Shown one piece after another: positions 1 to 8,645 of a stretch of 64,000 nucleotides of DNA. Numbering within the stretch: position 1 is the stretch's first letter; every line of letters begins with the position of its first letter. Both the position numbers and the translations under genes were made by a program. A model generated the notes under the pieces. That model did no database searches. It had not been told where the DNA came from and worked only from the letters and a program-made list of their open reading frames with translations. The stretch is taken from IMG/VR virus record IMGVR_UViG_3300048014_000353, positions 32,001-96,000 of that record; one strand, given 5' to 3'. The DNA comes from a virus.

Positions 1-26
1 AAGGGCGGGTAACCAGGAGGCGGAAG

Positions 27-1091
27 ATGCCGAACGTCAACAAAGACATGCTCGTGCTCGCGCGCGAGTCGAGGCGCCTTACGCAGGAAAATCTGGCAAA
101 GCTGGCAGGAGTTGGGCAGGGAACGATTTCAAAGGCCGAGGGCGGCTCTGGCCCAAGCGACGATCTCGTTGCTGCGTACGCGAAGCACCTCCGGTACCCG
201 GTCGAGTTCTTCTACGAGACCCCGCCATCGACGCGGCTGCCGGTCGCCTTCTACCGGAAGAAGAGGTCGGTGGACGTGAAGCACCTTCGCGCCATCGACG
301 CGCAAATGCGCATCTTGCGCATGCACTTGGACAAGCTCCTTCGATCGGTGGAGGCGCCTCCGATGCGGGTCCCTCTGGTGAACCTTCTCCGCGACTATCG
401 CGGCTCGGCGAGCGACCTCGCTCAGGAGTTGCGGCTGCGGTGGCACGTGAAAAAGGGGCCTATCGAGAACATGACAAAGCTCGCCGAATCGCTCGGCGTC
501 TTCGTCATTCGTTGGCACTTCGACACGCCGGATGTCGATGCGCTCAGCATGCACGAGGATGGCTTGCCTCCCGTCATCGTGATCGATGCAGCGATGTCGG
601 GCGACCGCATGCGTTTCACGATCGCGCATGAACTCGCGCATATCATCATGCACCACCATCTCGCGCTCCCAGGGGCCGACTACGAAGCAGAGGCAGACGA
701 GTTTGCGGCGGAGCTGCTGATGCCGAGGGACGAGATAAGGCCATTCCTGCGCGGACTGACCGTCGAAAAGCTCGCGCACCTGAAGGCTCACTGGCGCACC
801 TCGATGGCGTCACTTCTACGTCGGGCCGGCGACCTGGAGGCGATCTCCGAGAGCCAGAGCGCAAAGCTCTGGTCGGTCATGTCCCACCTTGGGTTCAAGC
901 GAAGTGAGCCCGTCGACGTTCCGCAGGAAGAGCCGACGCTCGCGAGGAACCTAGTCGCCTTCCACATGAAGCGGCTCGGCTACAGCGCGAAGGAAATGAG
1001 CTTGATGCTTCCTTGGAGCGAAGAGGAATTCGCTCGCACATATCTGGACGGCGCCACTCGCCGCGCAGGACTCCGAGTCGTGAAGTGGTGA
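27..1091 (+). CDS. XRE-family HTH fused to ImmA/IrrE (Peptidase_M78) metallopeptidase
   Basis: N-terminal HTH (LTQENLAKLAGVGQGTISKAE); RMRFTIAHELAHIIMH with HEXXH and downstream EAEADEFAAELLMP; GGAGG RBS upstream. Confidence 0.92.
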   Translation: MPNVNKDMLVLARESRRLTQENLAKLAGVGQGTISKAEGGSGPSDDLVAAYAKHLRYPVEFFYETPPSTRLPVAFYRKKRSVDVKHLRAIDAQMRILRMHLDKLLRSVEAPPMRVPLVNLLRDYRGSASDLAQELRLRWHVKKGPIENMTKLAESLGVFVIRWHFDTPDVDALSMHEDGLPPVIVIDAAMSGDRMRFTIAHELAHIIMHHHLALPGADYEAEADEFAAELLMPRDEIRPFLRGLTVEKLAHLKAHWRTSMASLLRRAGDLEAISESQSAKLWSVMSHLGFKRSEPVDVPQEEPTLARNLVAFHMKRLGYSAKEMSLMLPWSEEEFARTYLDGATRRAGLRVVKW

Positions 1092-1129
1092 AAACAACGC
1101 CCGAGCGAGGTGACTCGCTCGGGCGTTTT
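1091..1129. terminator. Bidirectional intrinsic terminator-like hairpin
   Basis: AACGCCCGAGCGAG (1096-1109), GTGA loop, CTCGCTCGGGCGTT (1114-1127): 14-bp perfect stem with an A-tract on the left and a T-tract on the right. Confidence 0.8.
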
Positions 1130-1224
1130 GGAAGCTTCGCCGTTCACTGGCGTGATTGAGGGGCTCTACATCCCGAGGCCCGCGGCTGGTACCCGCGTGG
1201 GGTTCGATTCCCGAAGCTTCCGCC
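1130..1224 (+). tRNA. tRNA-Sec-like allo-tRNA, 9/3 acceptor/T-stem, putative CUA (amber) anticodon
   Basis: Acceptor GGAAGCTTC (1130-38) pairs perfectly with GAAGCTTCC (1213-21), followed by G-CC; long D-stem with TGGC tetraloop; loop CT-CTA-CA (1164-70); long variable arm CGCGG/CCGCG; T-arm GGG-TTCGATT-CCC. The ends resemble selC (GGAAG...CTTCCGCC). Confidence 0.8.
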
Positions 1225-1231
1225 TCCGATT

Positions 1232-1540
1232 CTAACTCCGCTTCTTCGCTTCGTCCGCCAGGATCGAAGCGCGCACGGCCATGACCGGCCCGTCCACGGG
1301 CGGCACGCCGAGGATGGCCTTGAAGCGCCGCCGCGTGCCCTCGACGAGAACGCTCCAAGCATACGCACGCGTCGCGCCGCTCGGATGCCCAGCGAGCGCG
1401 AAGACCTTCACGGCGCCCTGCCAGACGATCTCGCCCTTGAAGCGCTCGTCCACCTCGACGGTCTCGACGTAGGTCGCTGGTACCCCGTGGAGATGCTCGA
1501 CGGCCTCGCGCAGTTCGTCGATCGAAACATCGTCGTCCAT
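1232..1540 (-). CDS. Hypothetical protein (102 aa)
   Basis: GC3-rich codons, globular alpha/beta composition, converges on the tRNA 3' end; no recognisable motif. Confidence 0.75.
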   Translation of the reverse strand: MDDDVSIDELREAVEHLHGVPATYVETVEVDERFKGEIVWQGAVKVFALAGHPSGATRAYAWSVLVEGTRRRFKAILGVPPVDGPVMAVRASILADEAKKRS

Positions 1541-1896
1541 GCGGGCGAGTCTACGCGAGCGCGGACGATGCGCAGCGCGTCACGAAAGTTCAAAACCGAC
1601 CAGTGCCGGTGGTAGCGGTCGGCGGCGTTCCTCCATTTCCGGTGCTTTGGAAAACAAGCGTCGTGATTGCCGGCGATGAGGTGGTGGCGGCCGTTGAGCC
1701 GCGGGAGGTAGTCGCGGACGAGGCGGTCGTCGAGGCTGAAGTCTCCGAGGTGGAACGTCTCGTCCTCGGGGCTCACCCGATCGTTGAACCGCGCGACCAG
1801 CGCCTCGTTCATCTCGGCCACGTCGGCAAACGGGCGGCTCGCGTACCGGATGACGGCCGCGTGGCCGTAGTGCTGGTCGGAGGTGAAGAAGATCAA
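1408..1896 (-). pseudogene. Phage calcineurin-like metallophosphoesterase, 3'-truncated
   Basis: FTSDQHYGH, HLGDFS and IAGNHD motifs are present; the C-terminal H...GHxH motifs are missing, and the frame turns to non-family sequence after ...AADRY (~1600) and runs into the next gene. Confidence 0.75.
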
Positions 1897-2369
1897 ACGA
1901 AGGTAGGTCCATACATTCGTCGCAGCGGCCCAATGGCTTCCAACGATTCGCTATCGAATGTCTCGGTGAAGAGTCGGTCCTTTCGAAACCAGGTGCAACG
2001 AACGGTATAGTGGCTGACGGTCTCGTACTCCCGCTCGGAGAGCGTGGCCTCGACCGTCATCCAAGGGCCTCCGGACTTCAGCTTGACGATCGCGCCGCGG
2101 CACCAGTAGGGCGGCCGCTGCTCCCCCTTGAGAGCGGGCTCGTCGCTTGACGGGCCGAACAGAAGCTTCGCGTCGGCTTCGGTGAGGAGGGCGACCACCG
2201 ACATGAGCGTGCAGTCGGCCTCGGCGAGGCGGTAGAGGATCTCTTTGTAGTTCCGCTCCTCCTTCGTGTTGAGCGAGCCGTCGCTGAGGCGCGTCTTGAC
2301 CAGACCGAAAATCGCCGGGAGCGCCGACGGCGGCGGATCCTTCACAGGTATCCTGTCGTCGCCGTCCAT
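1893..2369 (-). CDS. Protein with C-terminal DUF2158/YodC-like domain
   Basis: GAIVKLKSGGPWMTV...VRCTWF...ETFDSESL; start coupled to the upstream stop by a TGATG overlap at 2367-2371. Confidence 0.75.
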   Translation of the reverse strand: MDGDDRIPVKDPPPSALPAIFGLVKTRLSDGSLNTKEERNYKEILYRLAEADCTLMSVVALLTEADAKLLFGPSSDEPALKGEQRPPYWCRGAIVKLKSGGPWMTVEATLSEREYETVSHYTVRCTWFRKDRLFTETFDSESLEAIGPLRRMYGPTFV

Positions 2370-4018
2370 CAGTCCCACCGATCCAGTTCGTACGCCTGGG
2401 TCATCCCCCTGAAGTGCGCGCGCACGCGGAGACCACCCCCGCCGCCCGGTTTTTGCAGCGCGATCCCGCACGCGGTCGCCGACGTCGCCCCGGCGATCGT
2501 CTTGGTGCGCGAGTACGCCTCGAGCACCGCGCGCATCCCGTGGTACTCGCTCTTCAGAATCTCGGGCAAGAGCCCGAGGCCACAGTCTGCGCTCCGCAGA
2601 TCGCGCGCGCCTCGCAGAACGAAGAAAGCTCCCTCGCCGCGGTTGGTGAGATCACTCGTCCAGCACGACGGCTGCAACGTGACGCACTCCACCTCGGTCC
2701 AAGCTCCGGGCGTGAGGTTGAACGTGTGCGCCGGCGAGCCTCGGAGGTGGAAGTACCAACTCACCGGGTTGCGCTTCTCCGTGTGGTCCCACTGGAGGAT
2801 GGGAGGCGCCTCCGGATCGACAGCGGTCACGAACGCGAAGAACGGCGCCGGCATCGAAGGCGTGAGGACCTCGATGCGTTCGGCGTCCGGGAGCACGGTC
2901 CGCGCGAACTTCTCCCACGTGAGCACCTGCGGAGCGGTGACCTCGAGCGGCGCGTTGGCCGCCTTCGCCTTCTTCAGGTGCCCGAAGAGCCCGGCGTCTG
3001 CCGCCGCCGTGGCTGGCGGACCGGGCCGCCAGAGCGCGTGCGGGAGCACGTCCTCGAGCAGAGCGTACCGACGCGCGAAGGCGCCGCCGCTGGCGAGCAT
3101 CGCCATCTGCCGTTCGGCCGCCGCGATCTGCCCGTCGGTGGGGGCCGCCTGCGGCCGCCGGTACTGCGCGGGGTTCATCTTCCCGTCGAACGCGCTCTTG
3201 ATGTCCGCGGCCGACTTGTTCGCCGCGAGATCGTCGAGCAACGTTCCGATCATCGTCGTCCGAACGTGGCAGAAGCCTGCGGGCGCGGTCGCCACCGCGC
3301 GCCACACGAGGTTCTCGCGGCGCGTCCGGTCCGCGGTCGCCTTCCGAGCGTTCTGCAGCGCGAGCAGCCACTCGGCGACCGCGATGCACGACTCTGAGCG
3401 GTACAGGTCCCCGCGCGTGAGGAGGGCGTGGGCCTTCTCGACGAGCTCCAGCGGGTACTCCCCGAGCGCCCGGGAGAGCGTCTGAAAGTCCTGGCCCTTC
3501 TCGGCCATCGCTTGGTCGGCTGAATGGATCGATCCACGGTAGATGCGGTCGAAGCCGGGCTCGACGTGCATGTGGTGCCAGACGCCCCCCTCGGCTTTGG
3601 GGCTCGCGTTCGCCGGGAGCCCCCACACTTTCTCACTCGAAAGGAACACGCCGCGGACGAGCGCGCGGGACACGCGGGTGCGCACAGCGCGGATCGAGGT
3701 CGAGAAGAACGGCGGAGGAATCGCCATGCTCCAGAGGAGCGACGTGGTTTCACCCTTCTCGTCGATGCGGACGAGGCCCCCGAAGTGGTCGACAAAGCGA
3801 CGGCACGCGCGACACTCGTAGTGCGCGCGCCGGTACGCAGGCAGCACTCCGAGGAAGAGATCGTACAGACCGACCCCCATGCTGGTCGTGAACAAGGGCT
3901 CGTCTTTGGGAACGTTCCCCAGCCGCAACGCGTTGAGCAGGAGCGTGAGGAGGTGCTGGTAGTCCTCGTCTTCGCTCGAGTGGCGGGTGTCGGCCGCGAG
4001 AGATCCGATCGTCGTCAT
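2369..4018 (-). CDS. Conserved phage hypothetical protein (~550 aa)
   Basis: Long GC3-rich ORF with HYECRACRRFVDHFGGLVRIDE motif (CxxC); GGAGAGG RBS upstream of ATG 4018. Confidence 0.8.
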   Translation of the reverse strand: MTTIGSLAADTRHSSEDEDYQHLLTLLLNALRLGNVPKDEPLFTTSMGVGLYDLFLGVLPAYRRAHYECRACRRFVDHFGGLVRIDEKGETTSLLWSMAIPPPFFSTSIRAVRTRVSRALVRGVFLSSEKVWGLPANASPKAEGGVWHHMHVEPGFDRIYRGSIHSADQAMAEKGQDFQTLSRALGEYPLELVEKAHALLTRGDLYRSESCIAVAEWLLALQNARKATADRTRRENLVWRAVATAPAGFCHVRTTMIGTLLDDLAANKSAADIKSAFDGKMNPAQYRRPQAAPTDGQIAAAERQMAMLASGGAFARRYALLEDVLPHALWRPGPPATAAADAGLFGHLKKAKAANAPLEVTAPQVLTWEKFARTVLPDAERIEVLTPSMPAPFFAFVTAVDPEAPPILQWDHTEKRNPVSWYFHLRGSPAHTFNLTPGAWTEVECVTLQPSCWTSDLTNRGEGAFFVLRGARDLRSADCGLGLLPEILKSEYHGMRAVLEAYSRTKTIAGATSATACGIALQKPGGGGGLRVRAHFRGMTQAYELDRWD

Positions 4019-4227
4019 GGTGCGCCTCTCCGTCGTTCCCACGAGATAGCGCGCGCAAGGCGAGGCCGTCGATTCGGTACTCCATGGGCCGCGGTCGAAT
4101 CTCGCCCGGGGGCAGGGGAGGGGTCACCTCAGGACGAGGTTTTGGTCTTCGAGCTGTCGAACCCGCATGCGGGGTTCCTCGACCTGGGCTTCGAGCGACT
4201 GCACCTGCCGATGCAGGCGCACGACGT

Positions 4228-4473
4228 CTAAGCCTTCTCGGTGGTGATGGCCTTGACCTTCGGCTCGCCGACCGTCTCGACCCGTGGGCAATTCTTAGGC
4301 GCTATGCCGTTCGACCAGCCGTCCACCGCCAGCGCGGAGCGCAGAACACCAAGTGCGCTCTCCTTGGCCTGCTTGTGCACCTGCGCGACGGTGCAGTCCT
4401 CGCCCCACGAGTCCGGCACCTGGATACGAAGGGTGACGTCGACCGTCGCGTAGGCTGAGACCTTGCCGCTCAC
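4228..4473 (-). CDS. Hypothetical protein
   Basis: GTG start overlapping the upstream TGA; GC3-rich codons. Confidence 0.6.
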   Translation of the reverse strand: MSGKVSAYATVDVTLRIQVPDSWGEDCTVAQVHKQAKESALGVLRSALAVDGWSNGIAPKNCPRVETVGEPKVKAITTEKA

Positions 4474-4955
4474 GGCGCCTCCGTTGCACCGGTCGGCTCC
4501 GAAGCCGCCGCGTCGAGGTCCGCCAGGTATTTCCGCATCAGCGCGATGTCCTGCTCCCGAAAGACCACGTGCAGCCGCGCGTCGCCTCCGAGGTGGAAGA
4601 TCTCCTTGCCGGTCTGCGTGATCTCGATCACCCCTCCGAGCTCGCGGTAGGTGTCGAGCGTCTGCTGGAAGCAGAGCCGGTTGTAGACGCGCTCCCCCAG
4701 CGTCGGGCACGACTTGATCAGCTCGTTGTATCCGACGAGCGTGGCGAGGCACCGGTGCCGGATGATTTGCTCTCGACGTTTTGCGTCGTCGGCCGTGGCT
4801 TCCTCGAAGAGATCGGGCGCGTTCTCTCCCAAGAGAATCGCCAGCGCTTTCTGGTCCTCTGACGAGAGCGCCTCACTGCGCGGGCTGCTCGCGAGGTAGG
4901 CAAGCCGCGCGCGCTGTTCCGGGCTCAGGGTCGTCGCAGGCTTGTCATCCAGCAT
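4470..4955 (-). CDS. Hypothetical protein
   Basis: MLDDKP... start with GGAGG RBS; coupled to neighbours. Confidence 0.7.
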   Translation of the reverse strand: MLDDKPATTLSPEQRARLAYLASSPRSEALSSEDQKALAILLGENAPDLFEEATADDAKRREQIIRHRCLATLVGYNELIKSCPTLGERVYNRLCFQQTLDTYRELGGVIEITQTGKEIFHLGGDARLHVVFREQDIALMRKYLADLDAAASEPTGATEAP

Positions 4956-5376
4956 GGTCCAGCCTCCGGGACGTGTCGCGTTCGGGGGAAAGGTCGCGCG
5001 TCGAGATGCGCTCCGCCCCCGCGGGCACGTCTTGCTCGCTTCCGAGAACGTGTACGCCGTAGCCAATAGGAGCCGCACGCGAAATCAGGTCGACGACCGC
5101 CATCGTTCCGACGACCTCGTCGCAGACGACGTAGAGCGAGCCCCATTCCTCGTCGTGCGCGCTCACGAAGAGCGACCGGACCCCTGGGACCTTCGCGAGC
5201 CCGTGGAACCGTCGCTGCATGCGTTCGCTGGCGCGTGCGCGGTCGGACTCGGGCACCGCCTCGGCGCGGAGCTCGGCGGTCAACGCTCGGCGCGTGAGCA
5301 CCAGCGCGCGCCACCGAAGGGCGACGCTCGCGGTCCAGAACAAGACCCCGATCGCGAAAAGCACCCATGCGCTCAT
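4945..5376 (-). CDS. Membrane-anchored hypothetical protein
   Basis: N-terminal hydrophobic helix (WVLFAIGVLFWTASVAL); ATGA overlap with the dnaB stop. Confidence 0.7.
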   Translation of the reverse strand: MSAWVLFAIGVLFWTASVALRWRALVLTRRALTAELRAEAVPESDRARASERMQRRFHGLAKVPGVRSLFVSAHDEEWGSLYVVCDEVVGTMAVVDLISRAAPIGYGVHVLGSEQDVPAGAERISTRDLSPERDTSRRLDHAG

Positions 5377-6836
5377 CGGTCGTCGTCCTGGCGTTCGTAA
5401 TACTCGCCCTCGGGCAGATCCTCGAAGCGGGTGTACCGCGCGTCGAACTTCACCTTGACCGTGTCGGTCGCGCCGCTGCGTTGCTTGGCGACGATGATCT
5501 CCGCGACCCCCGGCTCCTTCGACTTTTCCTTCATGTAGTAGTCGTCGCGGTAGAGAAGGACGACGTTGTCGGCGTCCTGTTCAATGGCGCCCGATTCACG
5601 GAGGTCTGCTAGACCAGGTCGCTTGTCACCGCGCGACTCGGTCCCGCGATTGAGCTGGGAGAGCACCACGAACGGAAGGTTGCTCTCCTTCGCGAGCCCC
5701 TTCAGCCCTCGGGTGAGGGCCGAGATCTGCTGCTCGCGATTGTCCTCGTCCCCCGGCGCCATGAGCTGCAGATAGTCGATGACGACCAGGCCCAGCCCTT
5801 TGGGGAGTCGGGCGCGGTCGGCCTCGCTCGCGCGCTCATAGATCCGCGCGATCTCCGCTTGCTTCCGTCGCACGCGCGCCCGGATATCGAGCAGCCCCAT
5901 CGACGGCTTGTCGTCCACCCAGATGGGGAGCCTGGAAAGCTCGAGCGCCGCCGCCGACCAGCGTTCCCATTCGGTAGGATTGAAAATTCCCGTCCGAAGT
6001 TTCGACCAGTCCGCACGCCCACGGGCGCACGCCATGCGGTTGCAGATCTGGTCGGCCGGCATCTCGAGCGAGAAGAAGAGGACGCCCGCCGGCGGGCACT
6101 TGTGCGCGAGGTCCCCCTCGGCCACGTGGACCGCGATCTGCGCCGCATAGGAGGTCTTACCGAGCCCCGGCCGCGCGGCGACGATCGTGAGGTCCTTGTC
6201 ATGGAGACCGGAGGTCAAGCGGTCGAGTCGTGCCAGGCCGGTCGCTCGACCCGAAATCATGCGACCGCTCCCGGAAGTCTCGAGGATCTTCTTGCCGCTC
6301 GCCTTCAGCACGGCCTTGATATGAAAGCTGGTCTCGACCTGTCCCTCGTGCGCGATGGCGTAGATGCCGCTCTCGGCGCGTTCGATGTACTCGGCGGCGT
6401 TCTGCGACTCGACGTAGCCGCGGGCGGCGATCTGCTGGCACTCGAGGATGAGGCACCGGATGCGGTACTTGTCGGCGACGATGTTCGCGAGCGCGGGCGC
6501 GGTGTTGGCCGAATGCGCGGTCGTGAGCACCGTGCCCAGGTACGGCATTCCCCCCACCTGCGCGAGGCGGTCGCGGTCCTTCAGCCACGAACTCACCGTG
6601 ACCGCGTCGAACTTCTGCCCCTTGCCCCAAAAATCGAGGCAGGCCTCGGCGATGCGCCGGTTGGCCTCGTCGTAGAACATCTCCGGTCGAACGATGTCGG
6701 CGGCGAGGTCCACGAAGGCGTTGTCCACGAGCCAGAGATTCAGAAGCGCTCGCTCGGCGACCACGTCGTTCGGCGGCACGCGCCCCTCGAACGTGGCCGG
6801 GACCACATGCGGTACTTCTCGGCGGGCGTCACGCAT
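5373..6836 (-). CDS. dnaB: Replicative DNA helicase DnaB
   Basis: RVPPNDVVAERALL N-terminus, Walker A AARPGLGKT, VIDYLQLM, LSQLNR, DLRESGAIEQDAD, IIVAKQRSG. Confidence 0.97.
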   Translation of the reverse strand: MRDARREVPHVVPATFEGRVPPNDVVAERALLNLWLVDNAFVDLAADIVRPEMFYDEANRRIAEACLDFWGKGQKFDAVTVSSWLKDRDRLAQVGGMPYLGTVLTTAHSANTAPALANIVADKYRIRCLILECQQIAARGYVESQNAAEYIERAESGIYAIAHEGQVETSFHIKAVLKASGKKILETSGSGRMISGRATGLARLDRLTSGLHDKDLTIVAARPGLGKTSYAAQIAVHVAEGDLAHKCPPAGVLFFSLEMPADQICNRMACARGRADWSKLRTGIFNPTEWERWSAAALELSRLPIWVDDKPSMGLLDIRARVRRKQAEIARIYERASEADRARLPKGLGLVVIDYLQLMAPGDEDNREQQISALTRGLKGLAKESNLPFVVLSQLNRGTESRGDKRPGLADLRESGAIEQDADNVVLLYRDDYYMKEKSKEPGVAEIIVAKQRSGATDTVKVKFDARYTRFEDLPEGEYYERQDDDR

Positions 6837-7845
6837 CGACGTCGTTGTCCAACTCGGCGAGCTTCGCAAGGGCCCAGGCGGGGTCTATCTGTTTGGCGTC
6901 GGGCGCAAAGACCGCCGGAACGGCGCGCGGCGCATTCGAGACGGCGACGGGCTTGGACAAGGTCCAGCCGTTCGCGTTGAGCCATTCCGCCCAACCCTTG
7001 GGCTGAAGGCCGCCCTTGACGTACGGGTTGCCTCGGTTTTGTTCCAAAAAGCGCCGCACGCTGAACCGCATCCGCGCGACGAGCTCCTCCCGCGAGAGCC
7101 CCGGCGGAGCGAAGCCGTTGATGGCCGCGAGGATATCGCCGACGGCCGAGTTGGGATTCACCAGCGCGTACCCGTCGAGAATCTCTTTCGCGATGTTCCC
7201 GAACGTCTCGAGCGCGAAGTGCGTTCCCGCGCCACGCGAGATGGGGGTCACTCCGCGGCGTTCTTCCGGGATCTCGGTCTTTGCTTCCGTCCGTTCGATT
7301 CGCCCATTCCCCCCCTCGGGGGGTAGGGGGGATCTGATCTCTTCTATTCTCTTCTCTTCTTTAGTGACCACTTGTGACACCGCGTGACTTTTCGTGACCA
7401 ACGGTCCCGATTCGTGACCATCCGTCACATCCCTTGACGAGCGGTCACGATCCGTGACTTCACCCTCATCGGGGTTTGAGCCGCCGACCGGTTGGCTTGC
7501 TCGGGTCCGGGCGCTGTCGCGCGACTTACGCTTCCTGGCCGCGTCGCTCTGCGTCGCGCTCTGCGCCTCGATGTGGCTCGGCAGAAGAACCGTCCCCGCG
7601 TCGGCGTTGAACACGATCCGCTCGGCCGCGACAAGTTCCTCAAGTGGAGCCTTCAACTCCTCCCACGGAGCGCGCAGGATGACCGCCACCCCCTTCAGGC
7701 CCAGCTTTCCGACCGCGAGCACGCCCGCGCGGTCCACCTTGCGGATCAATTCGAAGAACAGGCACCGCGCCTGCCAGGACAGCAGGAGGAACTCCGGGGT
7801 GTCGCGCGTGTAGACCTTCACGTACGCCTCGTCCTCCCACCTCAC
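6829..7845 (-). CDS. Phage replication initiator (lambda O/replisome-organiser type)
   Basis: Directly upstream of dnaB; N-terminal winged-helix-like domain, AARKRKSRD linker, repetitive VT-rich segment, KEEKRIEE...PLPP motif; GTG start with GGAGG RBS. Confidence 0.8.
   Translation of the reverse strand: MRWEDEAYVKVYTRDTPEFLLLSWQARCLFFELIRKVDRAGVLAVGKLGLKGVAVILRAPWEELKAPLEELVAAERIVFNADAGTVLLPSHIEAQSATQSDAARKRKSRDSARTRASQPVGGSNPDEGEVTDRDRSSRDVTDGHESGPLVTKSHAVSQVVTKEEKRIEEIRSPLPPEGGNGRIERTEAKTEIPEERRGVTPISRGAGTHFALETFGNIAKEILDGYALVNPNSAVGDILAAINGFAPPGLSREELVARMRFSVRRFLEQNRGNPYVKGGLQPKGWAEWLNANGWTLSKPVAVSNAPRAVPAVFAPDAKQIDPAWALAKLAELDNDVDA
7364..7458. repeat. Iteron-like array, candidate phage replication origin
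   Basis: GTGAC/GTCAC pentamers start at 7364, 7374, 7384, 7394, (7404 GTCCC), 7414, 7424, (7434 TTGAC), 7444 and 7454: an exact 10-bp period inside the initiator gene. Confidence 0.75.
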
Positions 7846-8153
7846 GTCGTCCTCCACTTCAGTTCGATTTGCCGCAAGTCGGCCATCTTGCGAAGAGGCG
7901 CCCCGCACACCGCGCGGATGGCGCGGTACCAGGCGCTCGAGACCCGCCGCCGCCCCACGACGTCGTCGGGAAGGTAGTGGGACAGCATCTTGAGACGCGC
8001 GGCGCGCATCTCGTGGCGCACCTGCCGACGTGTCCAGAGCGACGCCTTGGCGACCTCCACGAGCCGGGCCACGCGGCGCTCGCACCGCAGCCGGAGCTCG
8101 GAGCGGATCGCGCGGGGCTTGGGGCCGGTGCCGATCGGGCGCGGCTTCTTCAC
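7842..8153 (-). CDS. Basic hypothetical protein
   Basis: GTGA overlaps at both ends; Arg-rich helical sequence. Confidence 0.6.
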   Translation of the reverse strand: MKKPRPIGTGPKPRAIRSELRLRCERRVARLVEVAKASLWTRRQVRHEMRAARLKMLSHYLPDDVVGRRRVSSAWYRAIRAVCGAPLRKMADLRQIELKWRTT

Positions 8154-8645
8154 TCGACCCTCTCGGGCCAAACGCCATCGTTGGCGACATGCGCCAAGGC
8201 CTGGAGCAGCTGCATGGCCAGCGAAAGCACCTGCAAGCCACGCATCGCGCGCACGTCGCGCGGCTCGAGATACACGATCGCCTCGGTCGCTCCCCACGCG
8301 ACGATCACGCGTCGGAGCGTGACCGGGTCCGACGGTGGCTCGTAGCCGCTCGCGAACGGGTTGAAGCGGGGCGGGGGCTCGATCCGGAGGGTCTCCCGAA
8401 TCGCGCCATCGGCGCTGCGCCAGACGAGGCCTGGCTCCCATGGGGGAGCCCACCAGCTTCCGAGGAACGTCATCGACACCACCGGGGGGGTCTCGCACAT
8501 GGGCGGGCGGGACGAGCGGCGGCACCTTGTAGACGAGGAGGTCCAGACGTCGATCGCCTTCGTCGGAGACGAGGCTCACCGGAACCCACTCGACCGTCTG
8601 CGACCAGGGGTTGGAGAGGTACATGCCCACCGGGGACCCGGTCAC
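8150..8645 (-). pseudogene. Hypothetical gene with one extra base in a C7 run (frameshifted)
   Basis: Coupled start and stop span 496 nt (3n+1); the GC3-rich frame switches at the G7/C7 run 8484-8490; C6 would restore one ORF. Confidence 0.6.

Noticed and set aside
1130-1224. Calling the RNA a host selC (tRNA-Sec) or an attL/attR site
   Set aside because: The loop has CTA, not TCA; the fold is 9/3, not 8/5; and no second copy of its 3' end is visible in the window.
4054-4074. GATAGCGCGCGCAAGGCGAG resembling promoter family B with the palindrome deleted
   Set aside because: Short and GC-rich with no operator core; could be chance.
4125-4232. Short coiled-coil-like frame (LDVVRLHRQVQSLEAQVEE...) after the TAG of 4228-4473, considered as an amber-readthrough target
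   Set aside because: It is in a different frame from the TAG and has no start codon; more likely a gene remnant.
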